From a virus, in IMG/VR virus record IMGVR_UViG_3300050026_000055, positions 1 to 64,000 of that record: DNA of 64,000 nucleotides. One strand, written 5' to 3'. Shown here piece after piece: positions 1-7,274 of the stretch. The notes beneath the pieces are model-generated. The model was not told the origin of the DNA, did not search any database, and saw nothing but the letters and a program-made list of their open reading frames with translations. How positions within the stretch are numbered: the stretch's first letter is position 1; each line of letters begins with the position of its first letter. A program made the position numbers and the translations under genes.

Positions 1-78
1 GCCAGCACGCCGTCCGATGGCCAGCGGTGAGCCAGCACGCCGTCCGATGGCCAGCGGTGAGCCAGCACGCCGTCCGAT
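1..78. repeat. 30-bp GC-rich tandem repeat, 2.6 copies, possibly cut by the window edge
   Basis: GCCAGCACGCCGTCCGATGGCCAGCGGTGA at 1-30 and 31-60, partial at 61-78. Confidence 0.95.
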
Positions 79-204
79 TATTCGATTCGCAGTTATCTCA
101 TTTTAAATCAGTTACATGCATTATTCTGCATATTCACATATTCAGATATTTGCAGATTACTGCTTCCGGCGGTGCGCGGCGGTCCCGGCTGACCGCAGTG
201 CTCA

Positions 205-300
205 TATATTCTATGCATAATGGCTCGGTACTTGGAATAAAGTCTATATGTAATGGCTCGGTACTTGGAATAAAATCTATATGTAATGGCTCGGTACTTG
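205..300. repeat. 33-bp tandem repeat, about 3 copies, each containing AATGGCTCGGTACTTG
   Basis: 16-mer at 219-234, 252-267 and 285-300 (period 33). Confidence 0.95.
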
Positions 301-309
301 AAAAAGTTC

Positions 310-338
310 TTGACAAAAGCTATTGGAAGCTGTAATAT
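310..338 (+). promoter_or_regulatory. sigma70-type early promoter
   Basis: TTGACA-17-TAATAT. Confidence 0.85.
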
Positions 339-370
339 GTATTCAGTAAGAGATTAAAGGAGCCAATCAA

Positions 371-529
371 ATGACGCGCTGGATGGAAACCTGCAAATGT
401 GGCAAGCTGACTCTCTCAACAATCAAACTTAATGGGCAAGTGGTTTGTCTATCTTGCTTAGAAAATTTAGCACCTGCCTTGCAAACAATTGCAAGCCAAC
501 CCAAGACGACGAAAGAGGTAACAGCATGA
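371..529 (+). CDS. small Cys-rich hypothetical protein (not in ORF track)
   Basis: AAAGGAG SD; MTRWMETCKCGK...VCLSCL; ATGA overlap with the next gene. Confidence 0.65.
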   Translation: MTRWMETCKCGKLTLSTIKLNGQVVCLSCLENLAPALQTIASQPKTTKEVTA

Positions 530-723
530 ATCACGTATACGCTGTATACCATGAATACGAGGAAGAATTAGGATGTGAATACTCAACATGGCATGAAGAA
601 TTAGCAGGCTTGTTTGCAACGGAAGCACTGGCCGAGCAGTGTGTTGCAAAGCGGTCACCTGACATTTGTAATCTAAATGGACGCTATTTTGTAAGAGCTG
701 TAACAATTCAAACGGAGGTTTAG
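526..723 (+). CDS. small early hypothetical protein
   Basis: GAGGT SD, ATG 526 (MNHVYAVY...). Confidence 0.7.
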   Translation: MNHVYAVYHEYEEELGCEYSTWHEELAGLFATEALAEQCVAKRSPDICNLNGRYFVRAVTIQTEV

Positions 724-725
724 AA

Positions 726-941
726 ATGACGCAGATTATTGATCTTGTTCCTAGCAGGAATAAAGAATTGACGAAATCAGATGAATATGTTTTGATTCGT
801 ATGCTTAGGACTAAAGGAGTTGTGACTATATTATACCGCGTTGCGGATTACAGCTTGCGAAAACGCTTGCTAGGAATTAACCGAGCAGTATTAAACGCTA
901 TTGACGAAATTAATCAAGAGATATATTATGACTTACACTAG
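726..941 (+). CDS. hypothetical protein
   Basis: GGAGG SD, tight packing. Confidence 0.65.
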   Translation: MTQIIDLVPSRNKELTKSDEYVLIRMLRTKGVVTILYRVADYSLRKRLLGINRAVLNAIDEINQEIYYDLH

Positions 942-1101
942 AAAAACTCGAACATGCTGGCGGTTCTTTGTAAACTACGGGCAGGGCTGGGAGCACGAAG
1001 CTACCAAATACACTGTACCCGAAATGAAAGACAACAGGCAGGCGTATTTTGAGAATTGCAGATACCCGCTGAAGATCGTGCGAGGACGAGAACGAATTTA
1101 A
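928..1101 (+). CDS. small phage hypothetical protein
   Basis: ATG 928, MTYTRKTR...NYGQGWEHE. Confidence 0.65.
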   Translation: MTYTRKTRTCWRFFVNYGQGWEHEATKYTVPEMKDNRQAYFENCRYPLKIVRGRERI

Positions 1102-1130
1102 TTGACAGCGCGTAGCAAACCTGCTAGTAT
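1102..1130 (+). promoter_or_regulatory. sigma70-type promoter with extended -10
   Basis: TTGACA-17-TAGTAT with TGn. Confidence 0.8.
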
Positions 1131-1175
1131 TAGCATATTGATTCGGTACTCGTTCGGTACTTAGAAGGAGACGTT

Positions 1176-1682
1176 ATGCCAAAGTATCTAAAGTTGTGGA
1201 AGTGTCCGAAGTATTACATCGGCAAGCACTGGCCGGAATACTACGTTGTAACTGGACGTAACCGTGACTCTGGTTTGCTTGATAATCACAACTTTGACGT
1301 TATCGTTGAGGCACTGCGCGAAGTTGCCGAAAAGATGCCGGATTGGAAAGAAAAAATTTGGGATAAGTGGCTAATATCTCCATATGAATCGCATTGGGCG
1401 GTCGGTTGGGTTGAATGGATTGGAATACACAAGGATGCACCGCCACAATTGATTGATACGGCTGATAAGCTATTAGGTGAGTTGGAAGATTATCCAACTC
1501 TAAATGAAGATGAATTATCAGAAAAGGAATGGACAGCCGCGCAAGAATTTTGGGAACGAATGAGTGTCAAGGAACGGCTTGAATTGTGTCAGAAGAACCG
1601 TTGTAGTATCTTTGCAGCACGGCATCCATGGATACCGCAAGATGATAACGGCGGCATTTTTGAAGATTGCAGACCAGAATAG
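1176..1682 (+). CDS. hypothetical phage protein
   Basis: AAGGAG SD, 168-aa ORF. Confidence 0.8.
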   Translation: MPKYLKLWKCPKYYIGKHWPEYYVVTGRNRDSGLLDNHNFDVIVEALREVAEKMPDWKEKIWDKWLISPYESHWAVGWVEWIGIHKDAPPQLIDTADKLLGELEDYPTLNEDELSEKEWTAAQEFWERMSVKERLELCQKNRCSIFAARHPWIPQDDNGGIFEDCRPE

Positions 1683-1685
1683 TAC

Positions 1686-1714
1686 TTGACAATGCGGCTG
1701 TAATCTGTTATTAT
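1686..1714 (+). promoter_or_regulatory. sigma70-type promoter with extended -10
   Basis: TTGACA-17-TATTAT with TGn. Confidence 0.85.
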
Positions 1715-1735
1715 TGTTTCAGTAAGGAGAACGAA

Positions 1736-2287
1736 ATGAAAAATAAAAAGATTAACAATGGCATGGATGTGATAGACAGCCGTGACGTAATCGCCCGCAT
1801 CGAAGAGTTGGAAGCGTTGCAGGAAGAGGCGAAAGACGCCGCAAGCGAGCAGATAGAAGCGATTGAAGTTGAAGAGGCGAAATTAACGGATTGGCTCAAA
1901 GACAAAAATGTTTTTGAAATCCTAACATCCGAAGAGTTGACAAAAAAGCTGGCGCAAATCTCAGACATGAAAGACGCGATTTTGTCTGACGATGAGGGCA
2001 ACCCGCTGTCTGATGACTTCGGTACAGACGAAGCTTACGAATTGCAGGCGCTAAAGTCTTTGGCCGATCAAGCTGATGGTTGCGGCGATTGGGCCTACGG
2101 CGCACAGCTAATAGCTGATGATTATTTTGAAAAATTCGCCAGAGAGTTTGCCGACGAAATCGGCGCAATTCCGAAAAACGCAAACTGGCCATGCACTTGT
2201 ATTGATTGGACTGAGGCAGCGAGCGAGTTACAGCAGGATTATACAGCGGTTGAGTTCGACAGCGCAACGTATTGGATACGTGATTAA
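1736..2287 (+). CDS. ArdA-like acidic antirestriction (DNA-mimic) protein
   Basis: Very D/E rich; C-terminal FEKFAREFADE...CIDWTEAASELQQDY...YWIR resembles the ArdA C-terminal domain; SD before ATG 1736. Confidence 0.6.
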   Translation: MKNKKINNGMDVIDSRDVIARIEELEALQEEAKDAASEQIEAIEVEEAKLTDWLKDKNVFEILTSEELTKKLAQISDMKDAILSDDEGNPLSDDFGTDEAYELQALKSLADQADGCGDWAYGAQLIADDYFEKFAREFADEIGAIPKNANWPCTCIDWTEAASELQQDYTAVEFDSATYWIRD

Positions 2288-2312
2288 TTGATTCGGTACT
2301 AAGAGGAGCACC

Positions 2313-2471
2313 ATGAAAAAATTCAACGTGTTTGAAAGCAATCAATTGGCAATCGCCGTTCAAACTATAAAGTACCCGCAAGCTATGGCTACGGCTCTGG
2401 GCGGCATGACTAAGGACGAAGCAAGAGCAGTCATTCTCAAGCTGACAGGCAGGCCAGCAAAGGAGCAATAA
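2313..2471 (+). CDS. small hypothetical protein (not in ORF track)
   Basis: GAGGAG SD, 52 aa, TAATG overlap. Confidence 0.65.
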   Translation: MKKFNVFESNQLAIAVQTIKYPQAMATALGGMTKDEARAVILKLTGRPAKEQ

Positions 2472-2704
2472 TGCTGACGACTACGCGATTGGTTACGTCT
2501 CACCGTCGATTGACAGCCTATGCACTGGCCTGCGGATATGTGGAGCGCAAAGGCGAGGGCGATAATCGCACGGTACTTGATCGTGAGAATGGCTGTTATA
2601 ACGTCAAAGGCTTCAAAAATGGGAAGCACTTTTGGGAATCGTTCGGTACTCTAACCGCAGCGCGGAAGTTCTATTCCGGTTGCTTGAAAGCGAGAACAAA
2701 ATGA
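2471..2704 (+). CDS. hypothetical protein
   Basis: AAGGAG SD, coupled. Confidence 0.7.
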   Translation: MLTTTRLVTSHRRLTAYALACGYVERKGEGDNRTVLDRENGCYNVKGFKNGKHFWESFGTLTAARKFYSGCLKARTK

Positions 2705-2880
2705 AGGTACAAACCAAGATCGTATACAGATTTCAAGGTGAGAAGGAAGAGAAGCATATAAACGATGTAGCTCTAGCATTGTCAGACTTGTTGGTGTTTA
2801 ACAACAGAGTCATAGCCGTTCAAGAGTCTGGTTATAACTCTTCCACCGTGATTTATTTCACGCCTGAGTACTCATTTTAA
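2701..2880 (+). CDS. hypothetical protein
   Basis: ATGA overlap at 2701. Confidence 0.6.
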   Translation: MKVQTKIVYRFQGEKEEKHINDVALALSDLLVFNNRVIAVQESGYNSSTVIYFTPEYSF

Positions 2881-2891
2881 GGAGTTCTGTT

Positions 2892-3107
2892 ATGAAGGTT
2901 TCTGAGTTGATTAACAAGTTGCAAGGTTTTCAACAAGACCGCCCGGTCAAGCTGAACTGGGAAGGCGAAATCGTAGAAATTAAGACCGTGGTTTTGATCG
3001 ACGTAAAACAGTACCATCCTGACGAAGATCACGGCTCGGAAGATTACTGGCCGGAACTAGAACTGGAAGATGAAGCGATTCGATACAAGGCGGTCCTGAT
3101 TAATTGA
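2892..3107 (+). CDS. hypothetical protein (MKVSELINKL-type N-terminus)
   Basis: AAGGAG SD. Confidence 0.7.
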   Translation: MKVSELINKLQGFQQDRPVKLNWEGEIVEIKTVVLIDVKQYHPDEDHGSEDYWPELELEDEAIRYKAVLIN

Positions 3108-3127
3108 TTCGGTACTAAAAAAATCTG

Positions 3128-3156
3128 TTGACATTATGGCTTGCATGTGTTAATAT
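3128..3156 (+). promoter_or_regulatory. sigma70-type promoter with extended -10
   Basis: TTGACA-17-TAATAT with TGn. Confidence 0.85.
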
Positions 3157-3181
3157 AAGAGAGTCGAAAAAGGAGAATACA

Positions 3182-3412
3182 ACGGTTACGGTACAGGTTC
3201 ACACGACAGCAATTAAGCCTCACGGCTGCGTAAAGGGCGGTCCGATCAAGGCAAAGACGGGCGCATCCAAAGAGAAGGCAGTAGCAGAACAGCCTTTTCC
3301 TTACACTAACGGAGCGGTCTACCAAGACGCAAAGTTTGGCAAGGGTATGCGGCCGATGAATTCGGTTCGCGGCGGCGGTTTTCGCTGCACCGTTTGCGGC
3401 AATCTTGCATAG
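3182..3412 (+). CDS. small zinc-ribbon-like protein with probable ACG start
   Basis: AAGGAG 6 nt before an in-frame ACG; YQDAKFGKGMR...RCTVCG. Confidence 0.55.
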   Translation, partial: TVTVQVHTTAIKPHGCVKGGPIKAKTGASKEKAVAEQPFPYTNGAVYQDAKFGKGMRPMNSVRGGGFRCTVCGNLA

Positions 3413-3421
3413 GAGCAAGTC

Positions 3422-3577
3422 ATGGACAACAAATTTCCGTATAAGCATACACTGAGAGTCTCATTGACTACTCAGTTCCCAAAAGACAAGGAATATCTTG
3501 AGGCTCTGATTAAAATTATGTTAGGGCCGTGGTGCGACAAAGTACAGGCCGAAAAGTTAAACGAGATTGAGAACTAA
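3422..3577 (+). CDS. small hypothetical protein (not in ORF track)
   Basis: AGGAG SD, 51 aa. Confidence 0.6.
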   Translation: MDNKFPYKHTLRVSLTTQFPKDKEYLEALIKIMLGPWCDKVQAEKLNEIEN

Positions 3578-3827
3578 GTTCACTTGCTAGAAGTGCCAGT
3601 GTAAGGCTTGCCGAAATATAAGGCTGTAAAGCACGGTGCGATGAAAAGGCTGTGTAAAGCTGACTGTTGGCTAAACGACTAACCTATATAACCCCGGCGT
3701 GCGCGGCCGGATCATAAGATAAATTAGAATATATAAATGTGATGGTATAGAGTAAGGTCCGAGCTAGAGAATAGCAGTCTAACTCTAGCTCGGTATATAA
3801 ACCATTTGGTACTTAGAGGATGACACA

Positions 3828-4004
3828 ATGAAAGTAACAACAGCGATACGCACAGTACTAGATCAGAAAAACGGCGGTGTCTATGTGCATACTCATGACA
3901 TAGCCAAGATAATCGAAGAATTTGCCGCAGAAGCCGAGCTAATATCGAAAGCGTCAGTGTTAGAATTGGCACGTGATTTCCTGAGAATTGAGGTAACAAC
4001 ATGA
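3828..4004 (+). CDS. small hypothetical protein (not in ORF track)
   Basis: GAGGA SD, 58 aa, ATGA overlap. Confidence 0.6.
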   Translation: MKVTTAIRTVLDQKNGGVYVHTHDIAKIIEEFAAEAELISKASVLELARDFLRIEVTT

Positions 4005-4387
4005 CAAAGCGTTTGGTACTTGCTTTGCTAATTTGTTCGGTACTTGTCGGTGCGGCTCAGGCGCAGGACGAACACAAGTTTTTCGATAAGACTAACATTG
4101 TTTTGTTTTCGGTGAGCACTGGCGCAATGGTCGCAGATTTGACTCAGACTGTTGTAATGGTGGGAACAGGCAACTATCACGAAGTTAACCCGATGGTGGC
4201 AGGATTGATTAACAGTCGCACTGTTGCTGGTGATGTAACCGCCGGGGTACTTGCTGAATCACTGACGGTAGGCATAGCCTACTTGTTCCATCGTACCGGA
4301 CATCATAGGCTTGAAAGACTTGTTCCTGTGGTATCAGCTACAGGCAATGTGACGGCCATAGTTCATAATAATTTGTCGGTGTGGTAA
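4001..4387 (+). CDS. signal-peptide membrane protein, DUF5658-like
   Basis: Signal peptide ending AQA; D-xxx-T and E-x-NP motifs; hydrophobic helices. Confidence 0.65.
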   Translation: MTKRLVLALLICSVLVGAAQAQDEHKFFDKTNIVLFSVSTGAMVADLTQTVVMVGTGNYHEVNPMVAGLINSRTVAGDVTAGVLAESLTVGIAYLFHRTGHHRLERLVPVVSATGNVTAIVHNNLSVW

Positions 4388-4397
4388 AAAATAATGC

Positions 4398-4426
4398 TTG
4401 ACAAAGTGGTTTGTGTGTGTTAACAT
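4398..4426 (+). promoter_or_regulatory. sigma70-type promoter for the tRNA pair
   Basis: TTGACA-17-TAACAT with TGn. Confidence 0.8.
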
Positions 4427-4442
4427 TTGAGAATCAATTTAT

Positions 4443-4534
4443 GCAAGAGAGGCGGATATGGTTGGCCGCGACAGCCTGTAAAGCTGTTCTCCGTGTGAGT
4501 AACATTGGGGGTTCAAATCCCTCCTCTTGCACCA
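4443..4534 (+). tRNA. tRNA-Tyr(GTA), long variable arm, encoded CCA
   Basis: Acceptor GCAAGAG/CTCTTGC; anticodon arm ACAGC-CTGTAAA-GCTGT; T-loop TTCAAAT; ACCA end. Confidence 0.9.
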
Positions 4535-4539
4535 TTCGT

Positions 4540-4615
4540 GGGCCTGTAGCTCAGTTGGGAGAGCACCCGCCCTGCAAGCGGGGGGTCGCGAGTTCGACTC
4601 TCGCTAGGTCCACCA
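4540..4615 (+). tRNA. tRNA-Ala(TGC), encoded CCA
   Basis: Acceptor GGGCCTG/TAGGTCC with G3:U70; anticodon arm CCCGC-CCTGCAA-GCGGG; T-loop TTCGACT; 76 nt. Confidence 0.92.
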
Positions 4616-4697
4616 AGATCACAGTGGGAAGTAACACGGTAAGCACCATTGGATAGAGGCCAACACCGCCGTGCATAAGATAGGCTAGGTCCACCAA
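4603..4697 (+). repeat. 14-bp direct repeat of the tRNA-Ala 3' end
   Basis: GCTAGGTCCACCAA at 4603-4616 and 4684-4697. Confidence 0.9.
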
Positions 4698-4720
4698 TTT
4701 TTTCGGTACTGGAGAACATC

Positions 4721-4978
4721 ATGCTCGGAACTGTAGAATATTCAGTCGCAGAAATGATATTGTTTGACCACTTTGGCATGGCTGATATTGCACCGAACAT
4801 ACAGCCACCTATGCTTTATACAATGCTCGCAAGCAAAGCATTTATAATGAACGATCAAACATCGTGGTCTGACAGTTTGAGGCGCTGCATTACGGCGCTG
4901 GAAAAAGGTACAACGTATCGCATGACCCCTGAATGGGATCGCTTGATATTTAAAGGCATAGAGGATCGGTACTTATGA
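4721..4978 (+). CDS. hypothetical protein
   Basis: GGAG SD. Confidence 0.65.
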   Translation: MLGTVEYSVAEMILFDHFGMADIAPNIQPPMLYTMLASKAFIMNDQTSWSDSLRRCITALEKGTTYRMTPEWDRLIFKGIEDRYL

Positions 4979-5002
4979 AGCAACTAAACACAGGAGCGAA
5001 GC

Positions 5003-5179
5003 ATGAATTTTCACATTATACAGCCATGCACAAATTGCGGCTTTATACCGAACGATGTTAATTGGATGTGTTGCCCGAATTGTGGCCAGCATCGCAAAGT
5101 AGTCTGCAAATGCTTGAACTGCTTACGCAAGCGGTGGAGTTATCAAACACGCAAACAAATTGCTAGGAGTATACAATGA
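5003..5179 (+). CDS. small Cys-rich zinc-binding protein (not in ORF track)
   Basis: AGGAG SD; CTNC...CPNC...CKCLNC. Confidence 0.6.
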   Translation: MNFHIIQPCTNCGFIPNDVNWMCCPNCGQHRKVVCKCLNCLRKRWSYQTRKQIARSIQ

Positions 5180-5574
5180 AAATTCTAATAGTCGATGACG
5201 AGCAGTACGTCCGTGAGCATTTGCGACAGGTACTTTGTGACCATGAGGCAATCACAGCGATAAACGGCAAGCATGGGCTGGAGATATATAACAAAGAGCA
5301 CGATTTTGATCTGGTTATCTCGGACTACTGTATGCCGGGAATGAGCGGCGTTGAGTTCCTAGATCGCGTACACAGCTTGAACAACGAGCAGCCGATGGCG
5401 CTATTTACCGGTCACTCAACGGACTTTAGCAAGTATCTACCAAAGCACGCCAAGGGATTTTGTAAGCTATACCTTGAGGAATTGTTGGAGTACGTTGCAG
5501 AGGTAGCCGGGGAGACGTACCACGAACCGGACATTGGTGATTGGGATCAAGAGTGGTACTCACAACGAGCATAA
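5176..5574 (+). CDS. stand-alone response regulator receiver (CheY-like) domain
   Basis: ILIVDDE, DLVISDYCMPGMSG (phospho-Asp), FTG, conserved Lys in GFCK. Confidence 0.9.
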   Translation: MKILIVDDEQYVREHLRQVLCDHEAITAINGKHGLEIYNKEHDFDLVISDYCMPGMSGVEFLDRVHSLNNEQPMALFTGHSTDFSKYLPKHAKGFCKLYLEELLEYVAEVAGETYHEPDIGDWDQEWYSQRA

Positions 5575-5586
5575 GAGAGGCATATC

Positions 5587-5802
5587 ATGAACCGATTTCT
5601 AAGCTGGATAGGACAAAGAGTTTGCACGCATCCTACGAATAGAATCATCCGTCATTTGTCACACCGGACGGACATGGGCGTGCCTGATCCATACCTACAG
5701 TGTACTAGTTGTATGAAGATTTGGCCAATTTCTAAGGAGCTGTACCACGATAAGGCAATGAACTTGTCAATTCGTTCGGTACTTGAACGGAGTGAGCTGT
5801 GA
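5587..5802 (+). CDS. hypothetical protein with zinc-ribbon-like CxH/CxxC
   Basis: GAGG SD. Confidence 0.65.
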   Translation: MNRFLSWIGQRVCTHPTNRIIRHLSHRTDMGVPDPYLQCTSCMKIWPISKELYHDKAMNLSIRSVLERSEL

Positions 5803-5830
5803 GTTACACTCCATTTTCCAAACAAAAGTA

Positions 5831-5860
5831 TTGACAATGGCTCGGTACTTGTGATATAGT
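5831..5860 (+). promoter_or_regulatory. promoter of the recombinase gene with the repeat motif in its spacer
   Basis: TTGACA-18-TATAGT with TGn; AATGGCTCGGTACTTG at 5836-5851. Confidence 0.8.
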
Positions 5861-5880
5861 TGGTTTGTGAGGAAAAGACT

Positions 5881-6408
5881 ATGCAACACTTAACGAGAGA
5901 AGAATTACTGAGGCTTCTAGGCGCGGCTAAAGCCAAGTCAGATCGAGATTGGGCAATGATTTTAGTCGCGTTCTGGCACGGGCTGAGAGCATCTGAAGTA
6001 ATAGGCTTGACAGGCAAAAACATTAAAGACGGTTACATAACAGTACAGCGATTAAAAGGCAGTATGAGAACCATACAGCCGTTAATCGCTCACACTGATC
6101 CGTTGCTTAATGAGAAGCCTGCTCTGGAAGAACTGGTTAGGCAAAGAGGCACGGAGCGGTTGTTTCCTATGACTCGCGCTTGGTTCTGGTCAATTGTTCA
6201 GAAGCATGGGGCGACGGCCGGTATACCAGCACAAAAGCGGCACCCTCATACTCTGAAGCATTCAACGGCCATGCAGTCGATCAAAACGGCAGGCATTGAG
6301 AACGTCCGTCAGTATCTCGGACATAAGAACATTAGCAGTACTGGAGCATACTTAAAGGTCAGTGACGACGAAGCAAGCGAAGCGTTCGCACTGGCGGCAG
6401 CAGTTTAA
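5881..6408 (+). CDS. short tyrosine recombinase, catalytic domain only (FimB/FimE-like)
   Basis: HGLRASEV, RLKGS, HPHTLKHS, YLGH, GAY. Confidence 0.88.
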   Translation: MQHLTREELLRLLGAAKAKSDRDWAMILVAFWHGLRASEVIGLTGKNIKDGYITVQRLKGSMRTIQPLIAHTDPLLNEKPALEELVRQRGTERLFPMTRAWFWSIVQKHGATAGIPAQKRHPHTLKHSTAMQSIKTAGIENVRQYLGHKNISSTGAYLKVSDDEASEAFALAAAV

Positions 6409-6419
6409 AGGAGAATATT

Positions 6420-6839
6420 ATGAAAGTAGTCATCAACAAGTGTTTCGGCGGATTTAGTTTGTCACCGAAGGCAATTCGTCGGTTGGCTGAGTTAAAGGGC
6501 AGGAAGTGTTTTTTCTTTGACGGCTGGCGAAAGCCTTACACACCAATCTCTGATGAAGAAGCAGCGAAGTGCTTTGCTGCTACAGCATTTGATGTAGCAA
6601 ACCCTAACGAAATAGATGATAGTGAATATAGAGAACATTCTTTGTATTTTTGTGATATTGACCGGACTGATGCCGATTTAGTCAAGGTTGTCGAGGAGTT
6701 GGGCGCAGGACACCGAACCGGAGCCAGCGGTAGTTGTGCTGATTTGCGAATCGTTGAGATACCGGACGGCGTTAATTACGAGATTGCAGAATATGATGGC
6801 AGTGAGCACATTGCCGAAATTCACAGAACTTGGGGATAA
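6420..6839 (+). CDS. phage hypothetical protein
   Basis: MKVVINKCFGGFSLS...IVEIPD...EYDG; SD. Confidence 0.8.
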   Translation: MKVVINKCFGGFSLSPKAIRRLAELKGRKCFFFDGWRKPYTPISDEEAAKCFAATAFDVANPNEIDDSEYREHSLYFCDIDRTDADLVKVVEELGAGHRTGASGSCADLRIVEIPDGVNYEIAEYDGSEHIAEIHRTWG

Positions 6840-6843
6840 GAAA

Positions 6844-7077
6844 ATGGCATCGCAGAAGTTAAACCAAAAGAAGTGTGATATTTGTAGTCGTATCGTTGGG
6901 CAACCCGTTATCTCTGCCTTTGCTAACGGTGATGGGTTGCCCCATTATGTCTATCTTGCATTTACCTCCGGTACTAATGCCTTTCTAGTTAACATTAGGC
7001 GAAAGGGATTTCGGCAGTACGTCAAGGATGGAAAGTTCGTGATGAAGCGAGTACGCAAAGAAATTAAATATTCCTAA
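6844..7077 (+). CDS. hypothetical protein
   Basis: ATG just after the previous stop; CxxC. Confidence 0.55.
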   Translation: MASQKLNQKKCDICSRIVGQPVISAFANGDGLPHYVYLAFTSGTNAFLVNIRRKGFRQYVKDGKFVMKRVRKEIKYS

Positions 7078-7085
7078 TTTTTCGC

Positions 7086-7114
7086 TTGACAAAACGGCTT
7101 TGGAAGAGTATTAT
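7086..7114 (+). promoter_or_regulatory. sigma70-type promoter
   Basis: TTGACA-17-TATTAT. Confidence 0.8.
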
Positions 7115-7136
7115 ATACACAGTTGGAGAGAAACTA

Positions 7137-7274
7137 ATGAAATATCGTGTTGAATTTTGCGGCGAAGTCGAGGTTGAAGCTGAGTCTGAGCTGGAAGCTG
7201 AATGCTATGCGGCGTTTGACTGCAAACCTGACAACTGCCGTGTTCTAGAAATCGACGAGTTTACAGAAGAATAA
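7137..7274 (+). CDS. small acidic protein (VEVEAESE motif)
   Basis: GGAG SD, ATG 7137. Confidence 0.65.
   Translation: MKYRVEFCGEVEVEAESELEAECYAAFDCKPDNCRVLEIDEFTEE

Noticed and set aside
1-300. CRISPR array
   Set aside because: The repeats are head-to-tail with no unique spacers, and no cas genes are present
27-335. 102-aa ORF and its antisense partner
   Set aside because: Translation of tandem repeats whose periods are multiples of 3; lies upstream of the first promoter and overlaps it
3515-3545. Pistol ribozyme suggested by TTAGGGCC
   Set aside because: Flanking P1 pairing and the downstream conserved segment are missing, and it lies within a plausible ORF
4616-4697. Theta/HDV-like ribozyme or a third tRNA after tRNA-Ala
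   Set aside because: No P1 complement or nested pseudoknot found; no T-loop or proper acceptor stem
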